In this document: piece after piece, positions 15,562 through 25,667 of the stretch
How the letters are laid out: each line of letters starts with the position of its first letter
Numbering within the stretch: position 1 is the stretch's first letter
Assembly (NCBI GenBank): GCA_963701785.1
Contig: CAVPBC010000003.1
Location: forward strand, 481,556-545,555
Direction: 5' to 3'
From: an uncultured Bacteroidales bacterium
Lineage (GTDB): Bacteria; Bacteroidota; Bacteroidia; Bacteroidales; JAGOPY01
DNA length: 64,000 bases
The notes under the pieces: model-generated
Databases searched by the model: none
Seen by the model: the letters and a program-made list of their open reading frames with translations, nothing else
Told to the model about the DNA's origin: nothing
Made by a program: the position numbers and the translations under genes

Positions 15562-15689
15562 GAAAAGGTGAAAAGGTGAAAAGGTGACAAGGTGACAAGG
15601 TGAAAAGGAGACAAGGAGACAAGGAGACAAGGAGAAGAGGAGAAGAGGAGAAGAGGAGAAGAGGAGACAAGGAGAAATGGGGAAATGTT
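15562..15689. repeat. tandem octamer array (~16 x GAMAAGGW)
   Basis: gaaaaggt x3, gacaaggt x2, gaaaagga, gacaagga x3, gaagagga x4, and so on, read directly. It lies upstream of the recombinase gene. Confidence 0.9.
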
Positions 15690-15705
15690 AAAAGTAATTT
15701 AAAAT

Positions 15706-16413
15706 TTAAAATTCAACATTCAACATTTCAATGGTATGGCACGCCACCACCGCGGCAGTTTCGGTGCGTAATCGGCTGTTGCCCATGGAAACGCATTGAT
15801 AAGAGGCTTTTAGAGCTAATGAGATTTCGGTATCGCTGAAATCACCTTCAGGGCCGATCAAAATGGTGACGTCATTGCTTTTCTTATAAACCTTTTGCAG
15901 CAGCACCGGGTCGCTTTCTTCGAGATGGGCAATGAATAGCTGCCCTTTTCGATTCTCTGTGATGAATTTTTTATAATCAACCAATGGGTTTAAAACGGGA
16001 TGGTAAGCTTTCAGGGATTGCTTGACAGCCGAAGTAATAACCTTTTCCAGCCTGTCAATTCGCAGCTGCCGGCGCTCGGAATGCTCGCAGACGAGGGGAG
16101 TGATCTCATCTACACCAATCTCGGTGGCCTTCTCCAGGAGCCACTCGAACCGGTCAATATTCTTGGTCGGTGCAACGGCGAGATGCAAACGGTAATCCCG
16201 CTTTCCATAGTTTTCCTGCTTGCCAATAATTTCCACGGAAACCTGCCTGCTCTGCGAATCGATGATCCGGGCTTCGAAAAGTGTTCCACTGCCGTCGGTC
16301 AGATGAATGATTTCCCCTTCCCGCAATCGGAGTACCTTTTGACAATGCCTTGATTCTTCCTCGTTCAGGGAGTAGTAACTGCTTGTGATATCCGGCGTAT
16401 AGAACAGGTTCAA
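15706..16413 (-). CDS. rsmE: 16S rRNA (uracil1498-N3)-methyltransferase
   Basis: 235 aa. N-terminal PUA-like 'EESRHCQKVLRLREGEII' and C-terminal 'ILIGPEGDFSDTEI' SPOUT motif. Confidence 0.85.
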   Translation of the reverse strand: MNLFYTPDITSSYYSLNEEESRHCQKVLRLREGEIIHLTDGSGTLFEARIIDSQSRQVSVEIIGKQENYGKRDYRLHLAVAPTKNIDRFEWLLEKATEIGVDEITPLVCEHSERRQLRIDRLEKVITSAVKQSLKAYHPVLNPLVDYKKFITENRKGQLFIAHLEESDPVLLQKVYKKSNDVTILIGPEGDFSDTEISLALKASYQCVSMGNSRLRTETAAVVACHTIEMLNVEF

Positions 16414-16418
16414 ACAGA

Positions 16419-19400
16419 CTATTCTAAAATTATCTTCCTGATGAGAACCTTTTCTTCACTGGTCAGCCGCACCATGTAAACACCCCTCGGAAAACCGCTC
16501 AGGTTAATTGCCTGCTGGTAATCTTCCGTATTGTTAATGAAGGCATTTTTTATGATGGTCTGCCCCCGGGCATTAAAAACTTCTATTTCCATCTGCCCTG
16601 TTAGCCCTGCAGAAAGCAAGGTAAAATAACCGCTGCCGGGGTTGGGGTAGATGGTAAAGGTCCCCTGGGCTGGTATAATGTTTTCGTTCCCCGTGGTATT
16701 TGACACGGAAATATTATCGAGGTAAAGATTATTTCCGAGGTTGTTATAAGATTCAAACATGATCTTCATGTTCTTTTCGCCTGCCCATTGGCTGAGGTCA
16801 AGGGTGACACAATCTGCTCCCCATCCCAGGCTGCACCAGTCATCGTTGGCCTGGGGTGTAAACTCGTATGGCGTCGCGGGAGAGGTTTCAAAAATACCGT
16901 TACCATCCGGCCCGCTGGCCCAGATACGGGTCCAGTTTTCTTCGCAGCTGCTCGAAATGTAAATGATCAGCGAATCCTTCTGGCTGAAACGCTGCGCGTA
17001 TGCATGGTCGAATGTCAGGTAAATATTGGTAAGCTCACTGAAATTTAGATATGGACTGATCATCTGGTCGCGTTCAGCCATTTTGAAATACCCGTAGAAT
17101 TTCATCCTGGCCGTATGATTGCCGGTCTCTTCAATCAGGTAATCAGTCCATGTATTGCCCATGTCAGGATTGACCACCGTCCAGTTCCGGTCTGCAAGGG
17201 AGCCGGTTTCAAAGTCTTCCTCGAAAGGCAGGAAATAACCGCCGGCCTGGATATAATTGGTATGCGTATGGGTCACCTGCCCACTATTATTCGAAACAGT
17301 AAGTGAAACTTCATACTGTCCGGACTGCCTGAATTCAACGATAGGGTTCTGGGAATTTTCACTGGTCCCTTCCTTGAATTCAACGTGATTTGGTGAGAAT
17401 GTCCATAGCCACGCATTGGGACAATATTGGGTCAGATCTGTGAAGTGAGCATGTCCATTGGTACAGACCACAGTCTGATCTGCAATAAAATCTGCCAGGG
17501 GTAAAATAGTTTCATCTACCGTGATATATTCCGTAAAAGTGACAGAGTCAGTCCCGGCTTCGTTGACCACGATAAGCTTAACTTCGTAGGTCCCGGTTAT
17601 TTCATAAAGGATTCCTGAAGGATTTCTTTCGTTGGAAGTGGCAGGGCTGGCCCCGTCAAATACCCAGTACCAGGAAGTAGGAACACCCGAAGAGAGATCA
17701 GTGAAGTCGATGGCGCATCCCGGAGGTATCAATGTTTCATTCGCTTCGAAATCAGCCACCGGGCCGGCATGATACATATCGGATTCCCATAGGCCACGCC
17801 CGTATGTTCCGGCACGGAGAATGTCACCGGAAGGATCAACGGCATCATAATAAATTTCAACTTCGGTTATCGAAGCATCCACCGGAAGTCCGTCGGAAAA
17901 CATGATCCAGTCGGTCATGAAATTATCCTTGTAAAAAACGCCTAAATCGGAACTTAAATAAAGCCCGTCATGGCTGTTTTTATATGCGGCAATGCTCGTG
18001 TAAGCCACAGCGGGCAGCGTGCCCGTGATATCCTGCCAGGTTTGTCCCCGGTCAGTTGATTTGTGGATTTTGTTATTCAGTGAGATATAGACTACATCAG
18101 GGTTAAAAGGATCACATTCTATATCATTGATTCCGGCGCTTTCAGGTAATAGACCGGTAAGTTCTATCCATGCCGGGTTGACTGCCTTACAGTTGTCGGT
18201 GCGGAAAAACTTGTTGTCGTAACGGGCGGCAAATAGAATGTCGGTATTGGCCGGGGATTGTTCCAGGACCCTCATATCCTGGTTATTGATTCCGCCCAGG
18301 CCATCAGAGATCTTCTGCCATACGATCTGGCTGGAGGGCGATTTAATGTTTGTCGAACGCCAGACATTTTTATACCCGACAAACATGATATTCGGGTTAT
18401 ATTCATCAAGAATGAAAGGCGTAACCCATGCACCCGATTCATCGATCCCGTTGAATCCGTTATTAGCTACGGTTCCATTGCTTATATTCTGGTATTGCCG
18501 CTCTATATAACCGAAGTAAATGGTCCCATAACTGTAATTGCCGTCTACAGGGTCAACGGCACATTCCATGCCATCGCCGCCCATAATATTCTGCCAGTAG
18601 CTACCCATAAACGTCGAAGTGCCGTTGTCCTGGTAACCGTTAACGGTTTTGTTCCTTATCGTAGCACTCTGCCCGATTTTATAAACCTGTCCTATCGGCA
18701 GGCCATTGGTGATCTCGGTCCAGTTCTCGCCCTGGTCTGCAGAATAATAGATACCTCCGTCGTTTCCTGCATAGAGCCAGTTATTCAGTGGATTATATTC
18801 AAGAACATGAAGGTCGGCATGAACGGAAGGGACGCCGCAGTCGCCCCACCAGTGTGAACTGATGTTCCATAAAGTACCGCCGCTGGCTGATTTGAAACAA
18901 TTAACACCGCCGGCGAAAATAATATCAGAATCTGTAGGGTCGCAGGCGATATCCAGGTCGTACCAGGCCTGTCCGCCATCACCCCCGTTACAGCCCCAGC
19001 TCATGATGTTCGGCGCGATAGAACGAACGGCGAAAGTCTGGCCGGCATCGGTTGAACGGTAAAGACCTTTGAATGAATCCCCATTGGTGAGGATAACATA
19101 TACATAAGATGGATTGTCAGGTGTGACAGCAATCGCTGACCTCGAGCTTCCCGGCAGACCGCTGGTCACCTGGGAAAAAGAAAGCCCCCCGTTGGCCGAC
19201 CGGTAGAAGTTTCCGTTGGCAGCTGCATAAACGATATTAGGATCGTTGGGTTTGAATACGACGTCTTTGAAGTCGCCGTTTTCAGCCCGCGTCCAGGTCG
19301 CTCCGCCGTTTGCACTCCTAAAGAGCCCCCCATTGGTTGCCGCATAAATGATCATATTGTTCGTCGGGTGCATGAGAAGTCTGCCGACGACGTAATTACC

Positions 19401-20090
19401 GATCCCGCTGTTCCATGGTTCCCAGGTTTCACCTCCGTCGGTTGAACGGTAAACCCCTATTCCATAAGCATCCCCGGCATCACGGTCACCAGTGCCAATA
19501 TACATGACGGAAGGATTGGTGTGATCGATAAGGATCGCAGATACGCCGAGTGAGGGAAGATCCTGGGTAGAAGAGATCCAGTCAAAACCGCCTGTTGTGG
19601 TTTTCCAGAGGCCCCCGGAAGGTGAACCAACCCAGATCACATCCGGATCCACCGGGTCGAAAGCGATCGCATTAAGCCTGCCAAGTCCTTTGTACCCCCT
19701 GCCTTCAGGAAGTTCGAAAGGCCCCAGGTTGATCCAGTCGCCTGCCTGTGAACGGGCATCCGGATGCTTCGAAAGATAATTTTCATATGCCCTGACGACA
19801 TGGTCCTCGGGCCTGCGGGTTCCATCAGGATAGATCCGTCCTTCCAGCATCCTGTATTCCCATCTTTTAAATGGTTTCCAGCCTTTTACCTTATCCAGGT
19901 CACGGTTTTCAAAATAAATGTTGAAGGCCCTCTGAACATGGAAAAAATTCTCATCCGGATCAGTCATCATCTCTATCCAGTAAGGATAATCGGCTGTATC
20001 AGCAGTGTTTATCGCAGTGTTCTGTGCAATTGAAGAGAAAGTCAGTGAGGACCAGAGCAGGGTAATGAGGAACAATCTTCGTATATTCAT
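16419..20090 (-). CDS. large secreted BNR/Asp-box beta-propeller protein with PKD-like domains and a T9SS C-terminal sorting domain
   Basis: Repeated 'S.DGG.TW'-type Asp boxes (STDGGETW, SANGGATW, SADQGENW, STDRGQTW) and two PKD-like segments. C-terminal 'TIYPNPGSGYFTL...GVYMVRLTSEEKVLIRKIILE'. The start is taken at the signal peptide 'MNIRRLFLITLLWSSLTFSSIAQ' (track ORF extends to 20156). Confidence 0.8.
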   Translation of the reverse strand: MNIRRLFLITLLWSSLTFSSIAQNTAINTADTADYPYWIEMMTDPDENFFHVQRAFNIYFENRDLDKVKGWKPFKRWEYRMLEGRIYPDGTRRPEDHVVRAYENYLSKHPDARSQAGDWINLGPFELPEGRGYKGLGRLNAIAFDPVDPDVIWVGSPSGGLWKTTTGGFDWISSTQDLPSLGVSAILIDHTNPSVMYIGTGDRDAGDAYGIGVYRSTDGGETWEPWNSGIGNYVVGRLLMHPTNNMIIYAATNGGLFRSANGGATWTRAENGDFKDVVFKPNDPNIVYAAANGNFYRSANGGLSFSQVTSGLPGSSRSAIAVTPDNPSYVYVILTNGDSFKGLYRSTDAGQTFAVRSIAPNIMSWGCNGGDGGQAWYDLDIACDPTDSDIIFAGGVNCFKSASGGTLWNISSHWWGDCGVPSVHADLHVLEYNPLNNWLYAGNDGGIYYSADQGENWTEITNGLPIGQVYKIGQSATIRNKTVNGYQDNGTSTFMGSYWQNIMGGDGMECAVDPVDGNYSYGTIYFGYIERQYQNISNGTVANNGFNGIDESGAWVTPFILDEYNPNIMFVGYKNVWRSTNIKSPSSQIVWQKISDGLGGINNQDMRVLEQSPANTDILFAARYDNKFFRTDNCKAVNPAWIELTGLLPESAGINDIECDPFNPDVVYISLNNKIHKSTDRGQTWQDITGTLPAVAYTSIAAYKNSHDGLYLSSDLGVFYKDNFMTDWIMFSDGLPVDASITEVEIYYDAVDPSGDILRAGTYGRGLWESDMYHAGPVADFEANETLIPPGCAIDFTDLSSGVPTSWYWVFDGASPATSNERNPSGILYEITGTYEVKLIVVNEAGTDSVTFTEYITVDETILPLADFIADQTVVCTNGHAHFTDLTQYCPNAWLWTFSPNHVEFKEGTSENSQNPIVEFRQSGQYEVSLTVSNNSGQVTHTHTNYIQAGGYFLPFEEDFETGSLADRNWTVVNPDMGNTWTDYLIEETGNHTARMKFYGYFKMAERDQMISPYLNFSELTNIYLTFDHAYAQRFSQKDSLIIYISSSCEENWTRIWASGPDGNGIFETSPATPYEFTPQANDDWCSLGWGADCVTLDLSQWAGEKNMKIMFESYNNLGNNLYLDNISVSNTTGNENIIPAQGTFTIYPNPGSGYFTLLSAGLTGQMEIEVFNARGQTIIKNAFINNTEDYQQAINLSGFPRGVYMVRLTSEEKVLIRKIILE

Positions 20091-20162
20091 TATTATATAA
20101 CTTGATATCAGGAATTTACAAAAACCCAAAATTAACAAATTTTTATGAAAATTCACCGGAAT

Positions 20163-20282
20163 TTATTCAACATTCGGTGGAAATTTCTTCTCATATTTTT
20201 TCAATACAATTAAAATCACCCTGTAGGAAATGAAGATTATTACCGGAAGGGAGAGCAGCCAAAGGATCTGTGTGGTATGCAT
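20163..20282 (-). CDS. 39-aa single-pass membrane peptide downstream of cydB (possible small bd-oxidase-associated subunit)
   Basis: My own translation: MHTTQILWLLSLPVIIFISYRVILIVLKKYEKKFPPNVE. It has one TM helix and a basic tail. The assignment rests on position only. Confidence 0.3.
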   Translation of the reverse strand: MHTTQILWLLSLPVIIFISYRVILIVLKKYEKKFPPNVE

Positions 20283-20355
20283 GATATTTATCAGGAATTG
20301 GTAAGTGACTATTGGTTATTGGTTTGGAATTTGGGTTTTGGAATTTGGAATTTCT

Positions 20356-21513
20356 TTAGTATTTATGTCCTTCATCCTCCATCTCTTTCCTGTCAATCTT
20401 TTTATTGTTTATCGCTTTCCATGTGTACCAGATATAAGCAAATACGAAAGGAACCATCAGAGAGACATAGCTCATGGCGGTCAGCGTGTATTTGCTCGAT
20501 GATGCATTTTCAATGGTCAGCGAACTCTGCAGGTCATACACAGATGGGTAAAAAGCAGTATGGTTCAGCCCGGCCGTAAGGAAGAGGGCAAAAACGGTCA
20601 GGATGGTCCCGGGACCGACATACCAGATGGCCTTTCCGTGAAAAGTATCGTATGATCTCCAGGTATTATAAAGTCCATAAATGACAAGTCCAACACCCGC
20701 AAGCAGCAATATCAGCACAACAGGCATATTGGTGAGGTTATGAAGATATTTGAATGGTTCCATGATAACCTCACCGGTTTCAGGCGAATAAGCAAAGCCT
20801 TTACGGACAAGGATATTGACCAGGAAAAAGAGGAAGAAAAAGAGGAAAGGAACCGCATCCCTCAGTAACAGATGATAAGCCCTTTTATTGAGGATATCAT
20901 CATCGATCGAATTTATGAGATAAAGGTTCCCAAGCACCCTGGAAAGGAAGAATACCGCCAGCCCGAGTGAAAGATTGATGTAAACGGCATATCTTGAAAA
21001 ATCGAAAGCCAGTTCCAGCCCGTGGAAAGGGGTTTTCCATTCTGAAAAATTCATATCGCTTACAACGAAAGATGAGCCGGTAAAGAATGAAGCTACGGCA
21101 GTCCCGGTAAGGATAGTGCCCAATGCGCCGTTGAGATAGAGGAATGTTTCAAATGTTCTCTGTCCAAGGAAATTGTGTGGTTTTGTACGGAATTCATAAG
21201 CGATGGCCTGGATCACGAAAGCCAGCAGGATCAGCATCCATACCCAGTATGCCCCGCCAAAGCTGGTTGAATAGAATAGCGGAAAGGAAGCGAAAAAAGC
21301 ACCCCCGAAAGTTACCAGGGTCGTGAACGTGAATTCCCATTTGCGGCCAAGGGCGTTGACAATCATCGTCCTCTCGGACTCGGTCCGTCCTAACCTGTAA
21401 ATAAGCGTCTGCCCTCCCTGGACAAAGAACAGGAAAACAAGCAGTGAACCCAGCAGTGAGATAATGATCCACCAATACTGCTGTAAAGCCAAATGTGATA
21501 GATTTTCAAACAT
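20356..21513 (-). CDS. cydB: cytochrome bd ubiquinol oxidase subunit II
   Basis: 385-aa polytopic ORF 1 nt downstream of cydA, with the typical CydB N-terminus 'LQQYWWIIISLLGSLLVFLFFVQGG'. Confidence 0.9.
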   Translation of the reverse strand: MFENLSHLALQQYWWIIISLLGSLLVFLFFVQGGQTLIYRLGRTESERTMIVNALGRKWEFTFTTLVTFGGAFFASFPLFYSTSFGGAYWVWMLILLAFVIQAIAYEFRTKPHNFLGQRTFETFLYLNGALGTILTGTAVASFFTGSSFVVSDMNFSEWKTPFHGLELAFDFSRYAVYINLSLGLAVFFLSRVLGNLYLINSIDDDILNKRAYHLLLRDAVPFLFFFLFFLVNILVRKGFAYSPETGEVIMEPFKYLHNLTNMPVVLILLLAGVGLVIYGLYNTWRSYDTFHGKAIWYVGPGTILTVFALFLTAGLNHTAFYPSVYDLQSSLTIENASSSKYTLTAMSYVSLMVPFVFAYIWYTWKAINNKKIDRKEMEDEGHKY

Positions 21514-21514
21514 A

Positions 21515-23080
21515 TCAGTGTCCTCCTTCGTTGTTGGGGCCCTTTTTTATCTGGCCAGTTATGATCCTGACTTCGGCGATAAGCAATGCGGTGAATAATA
21601 CGGCGAACAGCCAGAAAGTGATCTGCACTGCTGAACTGTCGATTTTTGAAACTGCGGTAATTGTGGGCATCAGGTCCTGTATCACCCAGGGCTGCCTGCC
21701 GAATTCGGTCAGCATCCAGCCGGCCATCGAGGCAATATAGGCCAGCGGAATGGTAAACAGGGCAACATACAGGATCCATCGTTTTTTATGCAGGATATCT
21801 TTAAAAAGTAATATAAAAACGACCAGGAAAAGGATCATGAAATGAATTCCCAGTATGACCATGATGTGGAATGAATAGAAGCTGACCGGAACACTGGGGA
21901 CAATTTCTGAGGGGTCATCAAAATAACCAAAGCCAAAGTAGCGGAAATAATTATTAATGAAAACGGGGTCATCGAATTTAGCCCTCAGCGTAATCGCCAG
22001 TTCCTGGTCTTTATCTTTCACAGCCTGTTTATAATCCTTTAATGTCTTTATGGCAAGCCTTCCTCTTTCTATTTTCTCCTGATATGAAAGGATGCCTTCT
22101 ATCTCATTTCCTTTCACCAAATCTTTAATCCCCGGTACGAATGCATGAGGATCGAGGAAAGCCATATACGACAGCATATTGGGGATTTCAATCTTAACGA
22201 GGAATTCCTGCTCCCCGGGATCCTGCGGAGATTTTGGTATGGCAAACAGGCCTACCGCGACCAGAGGTGCATTTCTCTGCCCGTCGTAAAGCCCTTCCAT
22301 GGCGGCAAACTTCATGGGCTGAACCCTGGCCACTTCACGGGCCGACTCATCACCGGTTAAGAAAAGGAACACTCCCATTAAAAAACCGAATACGGTAGCT
22401 ACAAGCATACTGCGTTTGGCAAAAAGCAATTCCCTTTTATGGAGCATGAACCAGGCACTGATGCCAATAACGAATAAGGCGGCCAGGACATAGCCGGACG
22501 TAACTGTATGAAGAAATTTATTGATAGCAGTAGGGGAGAAGAGAACTTCCCAGAAATCCACCATCTCATTGCGGGCGGTATCGGGATTGAACCGCATCCC
22601 TGCCGGGTTTTGCATCCATGCGTTAGCCACCAGGATCCACAGCGCTGATAGGCTGGCGCCGACAGCCACCAGCCAGGTAGATGCCAGGTGGAACTTTTTG
22701 CTCACTTTGTTCCATCCGAAAAACATCACAGCCACGAATGTCGATTCGAGGAAAAAAGCCATGATGCCTTCCACAGCAAGGGGCGCGCCGAAAATATCAC
22801 CTACAAACCAGGAGTAATTTGACCAGTTAGTGCCGAATTCAAATTCGAGGATGATACCGGTGGCAACGCCAATGGCAAAATTGATCCCGAACAGGGTCAT
22901 CCAGAATTTGGTGATCTTTTTCCACTGCGGGTCGCCGGTCCTGACATAGATCGATTCCATTATGGCCATGATGAACGACAGTCCCAGTGTCAGCGGCACA
23001 AACAGCCAGTGGTACATGGCGGTCAGTGCAAACTGCGCCCGTGACCAGTCAACCAGGGTATAATCAATATTTTCAATCAT
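21515..23080 (-). CDS. cydA: cytochrome bd ubiquinol oxidase subunit I
   Basis: Start at 'MIENIDYTLVDWSRAQFALTAMYHWLFVPL' (Met37 of the track ORF). 'GWMLTEFGRQPWVI' is the CydA signature. Confidence 0.9.
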   Translation of the reverse strand: MIENIDYTLVDWSRAQFALTAMYHWLFVPLTLGLSFIMAIMESIYVRTGDPQWKKITKFWMTLFGINFAIGVATGIILEFEFGTNWSNYSWFVGDIFGAPLAVEGIMAFFLESTFVAVMFFGWNKVSKKFHLASTWLVAVGASLSALWILVANAWMQNPAGMRFNPDTARNEMVDFWEVLFSPTAINKFLHTVTSGYVLAALFVIGISAWFMLHKRELLFAKRSMLVATVFGFLMGVFLFLTGDESAREVARVQPMKFAAMEGLYDGQRNAPLVAVGLFAIPKSPQDPGEQEFLVKIEIPNMLSYMAFLDPHAFVPGIKDLVKGNEIEGILSYQEKIERGRLAIKTLKDYKQAVKDKDQELAITLRAKFDDPVFINNYFRYFGFGYFDDPSEIVPSVPVSFYSFHIMVILGIHFMILFLVVFILLFKDILHKKRWILYVALFTIPLAYIASMAGWMLTEFGRQPWVIQDLMPTITAVSKIDSSAVQITFWLFAVLFTALLIAEVRIITGQIKKGPNNEGGH

Positions 23081-23309
23081 CTGAAATATGTTTGGTGAGT
23101 TCGTCGATAACGTAGTCGCTTTTTTCCCGGTCAGAGTCAAACCGGTTGTCAAGAAAGTCCTGGAAAAAGAAGATCCTGAGGATCGCAAACATAATGAACA
23201 GCTTTACCAGGATGATGATCCATAGCTTTCGGCCCCAGGTCATAGACCGGAAGCCATCGTAATAGAAGAGAAAAATTCTCCGGGTAATATTTTTACTTTT
23301 CCCGAACAT
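23073..23309 (-). CDS. DUF4492-like small membrane protein preceding cydA
   Basis: 78 aa, overlaps the cydA start by 8 nt. This position and size are typical of the Bacteroidetes cyd operon leader gene. Confidence 0.6.
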   Translation of the reverse strand: MFGKSKNITRRIFLFYYDGFRSMTWGRKLWIIILVKLFIMFAILRIFFFQDFLDNRFDSDREKSDYVIDELTKHISDD

Positions 23310-23441
23310 TATCTTGATTTAATCCCTTTTATATAATTATATTTAGTGACACTAAATATGATTTGTCACAAAAATAAAGTATTAAAGATAATTCTGGTGT
23401 TAAGAAAAGTAATTTAGAAAGGAATCAAAATAAGGATAAGG

Positions 23442-24299
23442 TCAGATAAACCTGTCGAGGGAAAGGAAAATAATCACCGCCAGCACAAAATAATTGATCT
23501 TCATAAAATACCTGATCGGGCTGAAGGCGAGATCACGGACCGAAAGTAGCCTGGTAAACTGCCCGACGAGCCAGATCGAAGATATCAGCAACCCGGCCAT
23601 GACTACCCATGATTCGACTACGTCGAATGCGGGCAGCATCAATGTTGATACAGCGGTTGCCAGGATCCAGATAAATGTGATGTGCTTAATCTGACGGGAT
23701 GAATAGAGCTGTGTAATGGAAGGAAACCCGGCTTGGGTATATTCTTCGCCGTATTTAAGCATGAGCAGCCAGAAATGAGGCACCTGCCAGATGAAAAAGA
23801 AAAAGGCCATGAAAAGCGCCCTGGGGTCTGAGAGCTGGCCCCCTGCCGATACCCATCCGACTAGAGGCGGAATAGCGCCAATGACAGCACCTGGCACAAC
23901 GGCGAAAGCTGTCTTTTTTTTCAGTGGGGTATAGATGACATTATACCAGATCAGGGCAAGAAGACCAAGTTGCATCCCGAGCATTCCGGACCCTATGTAG
24001 AGGATAGATGACCCTGCTGCCGCAAGAAGGAAGGCAAAGAGCAGTGCCCCTGAAGGTGAAATTCTTCCAGAAGGGATGGGTCGGTTGCGTGTCCGTTCCA
24101 TTTTCAGGTCCTGCTCACGTTCCTGGTAATGGTTTATCGCTGAAGAGCCGCAGGCAAGAAGGAAAATTCCGATGGTCGGCAGGATCAACCCGGTATCAAA
24201 TGAACCCCCGGCCAGCAGATAACCCGTTATGGTCGTCAACGCAACCGCGAAGGTTATTTTTACCTTAGAGAGCTCAAGAAAGATCCGGAAAGACTTCAT
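23442..24299 (-). CDS. ctaB: protoheme IX farnesyltransferase (heme O synthase)
   Basis: 285-aa UbiA-family ORF. 'NHYQEREQDLKMERTRNRPIPSG' is the prenyltransferase motif. Confidence 0.85.
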   Translation of the reverse strand: MKSFRIFLELSKVKITFAVALTTITGYLLAGGSFDTGLILPTIGIFLLACGSSAINHYQEREQDLKMERTRNRPIPSGRISPSGALLFAFLLAAAGSSILYIGSGMLGMQLGLLALIWYNVIYTPLKKKTAFAVVPGAVIGAIPPLVGWVSAGGQLSDPRALFMAFFFFIWQVPHFWLLMLKYGEEYTQAGFPSITQLYSSRQIKHITFIWILATAVSTLMLPAFDVVESWVVMAGLLISSIWLVGQFTRLLSVRDLAFSPIRYFMKINYFVLAVIIFLSLDRFI

Positions 24300-24300
24300 T

Positions 24301-24423
24301 GATAAATTGTTAAATTGTTAAATTGATAAATTGTTAAATTGTTAAATTGTTAAATTGTTTTTCTTACTAACAACCGCTGACTGCTGACCGCTGACTGCTG
24401 ACCGCCAACCGCCGACCGCCGAC
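24301..24423. repeat. paired tandem arrays: 7 x (GWTAAATT) then 7 x (RACYGCY)
   Basis: 24301-24356 is an octamer array and 24372-24423 a heptamer array. They fill the ctaC-ctaB spacer. Confidence 0.9.
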
Positions 24424-24427
24424 TCTT

Positions 24428-25333
24428 TTACAGCCCTTTAATATACTCAATGATCTTCTGCACATCCTCCTCCTTCAGCGTTTGCTTGTAGGAGATCATC
24501 AGTCCCTGGTTAAATCCTTTTACCACATCGGCATTCGGTTCATATAAGGAGCGTTTAATGTATTCATCATCAACAATGACCGTGCGTTCCTGCCCGTCTG
24601 TGATGACTTCCACATCATGCCCGTAGATCCCCTTGAAAGATGGCCCGATGATCTTGCTTCCGTCAAGCGAGTGGCAGGTGATACAGGCATTTTGTTTTAA
24701 CAACGTGAGGCCCGGGTGCTCATCGGCCGGGATATCAGATTGGACAAGCCAGCTGTTATACTCAGCCTCCGGCAATACCCTTACTTTGCTGAGCATGTAT
24801 GAATGCCTGTCACCGCAATATTCGGCGCAGAACAGGTCATATTCCCCTTCAATCTGGGCCGTGAACCACATATAATTATTTTTCCCGGGGACCACATCTT
24901 CCTTGATACGAAAGGCAGGGATATAAAGGCTATGCAGAACGTCCAGCGAAAACAGGTCCAGTTTGACCGGTTTATTTAGTGGAACGACTAACTCCGATGA
25001 TTTCTTTCCGTTGGGGTACTCGAACATCCAGCTCCACATCTGGCCTGTAGCCTTTACCGGGATAGCGCCTTCAGGTACCTTTCGCATCGGACTGTAGCCC
25101 AGCCATCCGAAATAGAACATGATCAGCACCAATATTAACGGGATGACAGTCCAAATGATCTCCAGTTTGGTATTCCCTTCAATATTGGTGGCTTTTGGAT
25201 TTCTTTTCCTGCTGTAACGGATCATAAAATAGATCATCACCGCCGTGATACCTACCAGGAAAAACACCGAGATCCCCAATATGATGATAAAGGTCAGATC
25301 AACCCCTTGAACAAAATTTGAAGCACCAGACAT
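24428..25333 (-). CDS. ctaC: cytochrome c oxidase subunit II with fused C-terminal cytochrome c (caa3 type)
   Basis: Two N-terminal TM helices, CuA motif 'HSLYIP...CAEYCGDRHSYM', and C-terminal heme site 'CITCHSLDG'. Confidence 0.9.
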   Translation of the reverse strand: MSGASNFVQGVDLTFIIILGISVFFLVGITAVMIYFMIRYSRKRNPKATNIEGNTKLEIIWTVIPLILVLIMFYFGWLGYSPMRKVPEGAIPVKATGQMWSWMFEYPNGKKSSELVVPLNKPVKLDLFSLDVLHSLYIPAFRIKEDVVPGKNNYMWFTAQIEGEYDLFCAEYCGDRHSYMLSKVRVLPEAEYNSWLVQSDIPADEHPGLTLLKQNACITCHSLDGSKIIGPSFKGIYGHDVEVITDGQERTVIVDDEYIKRSLYEPNADVVKGFNQGLMISYKQTLKEEDVQKIIEYIKGL

Positions 25334-25343
25334 TTCTTTTTAT

Positions 25344-25622
25344 TTAGTTTCTTATCAAATAATCCACCAGCGTCAATACCGCAAATACAATAAACAAAAT
25401 CAATACAACCCCAAGCATGGCCCTGTAAACTTTTGGGTCATACTTCAGATGCATGAAGTACAATGCAACCACAACAGCTTTTCCCGAGGCTATGGCCAGT
25501 GCGGTCAATACCGTGAGCGTATAAAGATCGGCACCGAACACCGAAACCGTAACTGTCATAATGGTCAGCAGGATCAGCCCGATGAAAGTGCTTGCATGTT
25601 CCTTGTAACTTACAATATGCAC
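25344..25622 (-). CDS. ctaF: cytochrome c oxidase subunit IV (small, 3-TM)
   Basis: 92-aa hydrophobic ORF between subunits III and II, with the prokaryotic subunit IV pattern ('MHLKYD'). Confidence 0.7.
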   Translation of the reverse strand: MHIVSYKEHASTFIGLILLTIMTVTVSVFGADLYTLTVLTALAIASGKAVVVALYFMHLKYDPKVYRAMLGVVLILFIVFAVLTLVDYLIRN

Positions 25623-25667
25623 ATGGGCTGCTTGATCAGAAGTTTTATCGTGATTTCCAGTTCATGG

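Noticed and set aside
15407-15839. Track ORFs 15407..15670, 15418..15630 and 15600..15839
   Set aside because: They are translations of tandem octamer and heptamer repeats (SPLLL/RRGEE-type low complexity) in an intergenic region, not genes.
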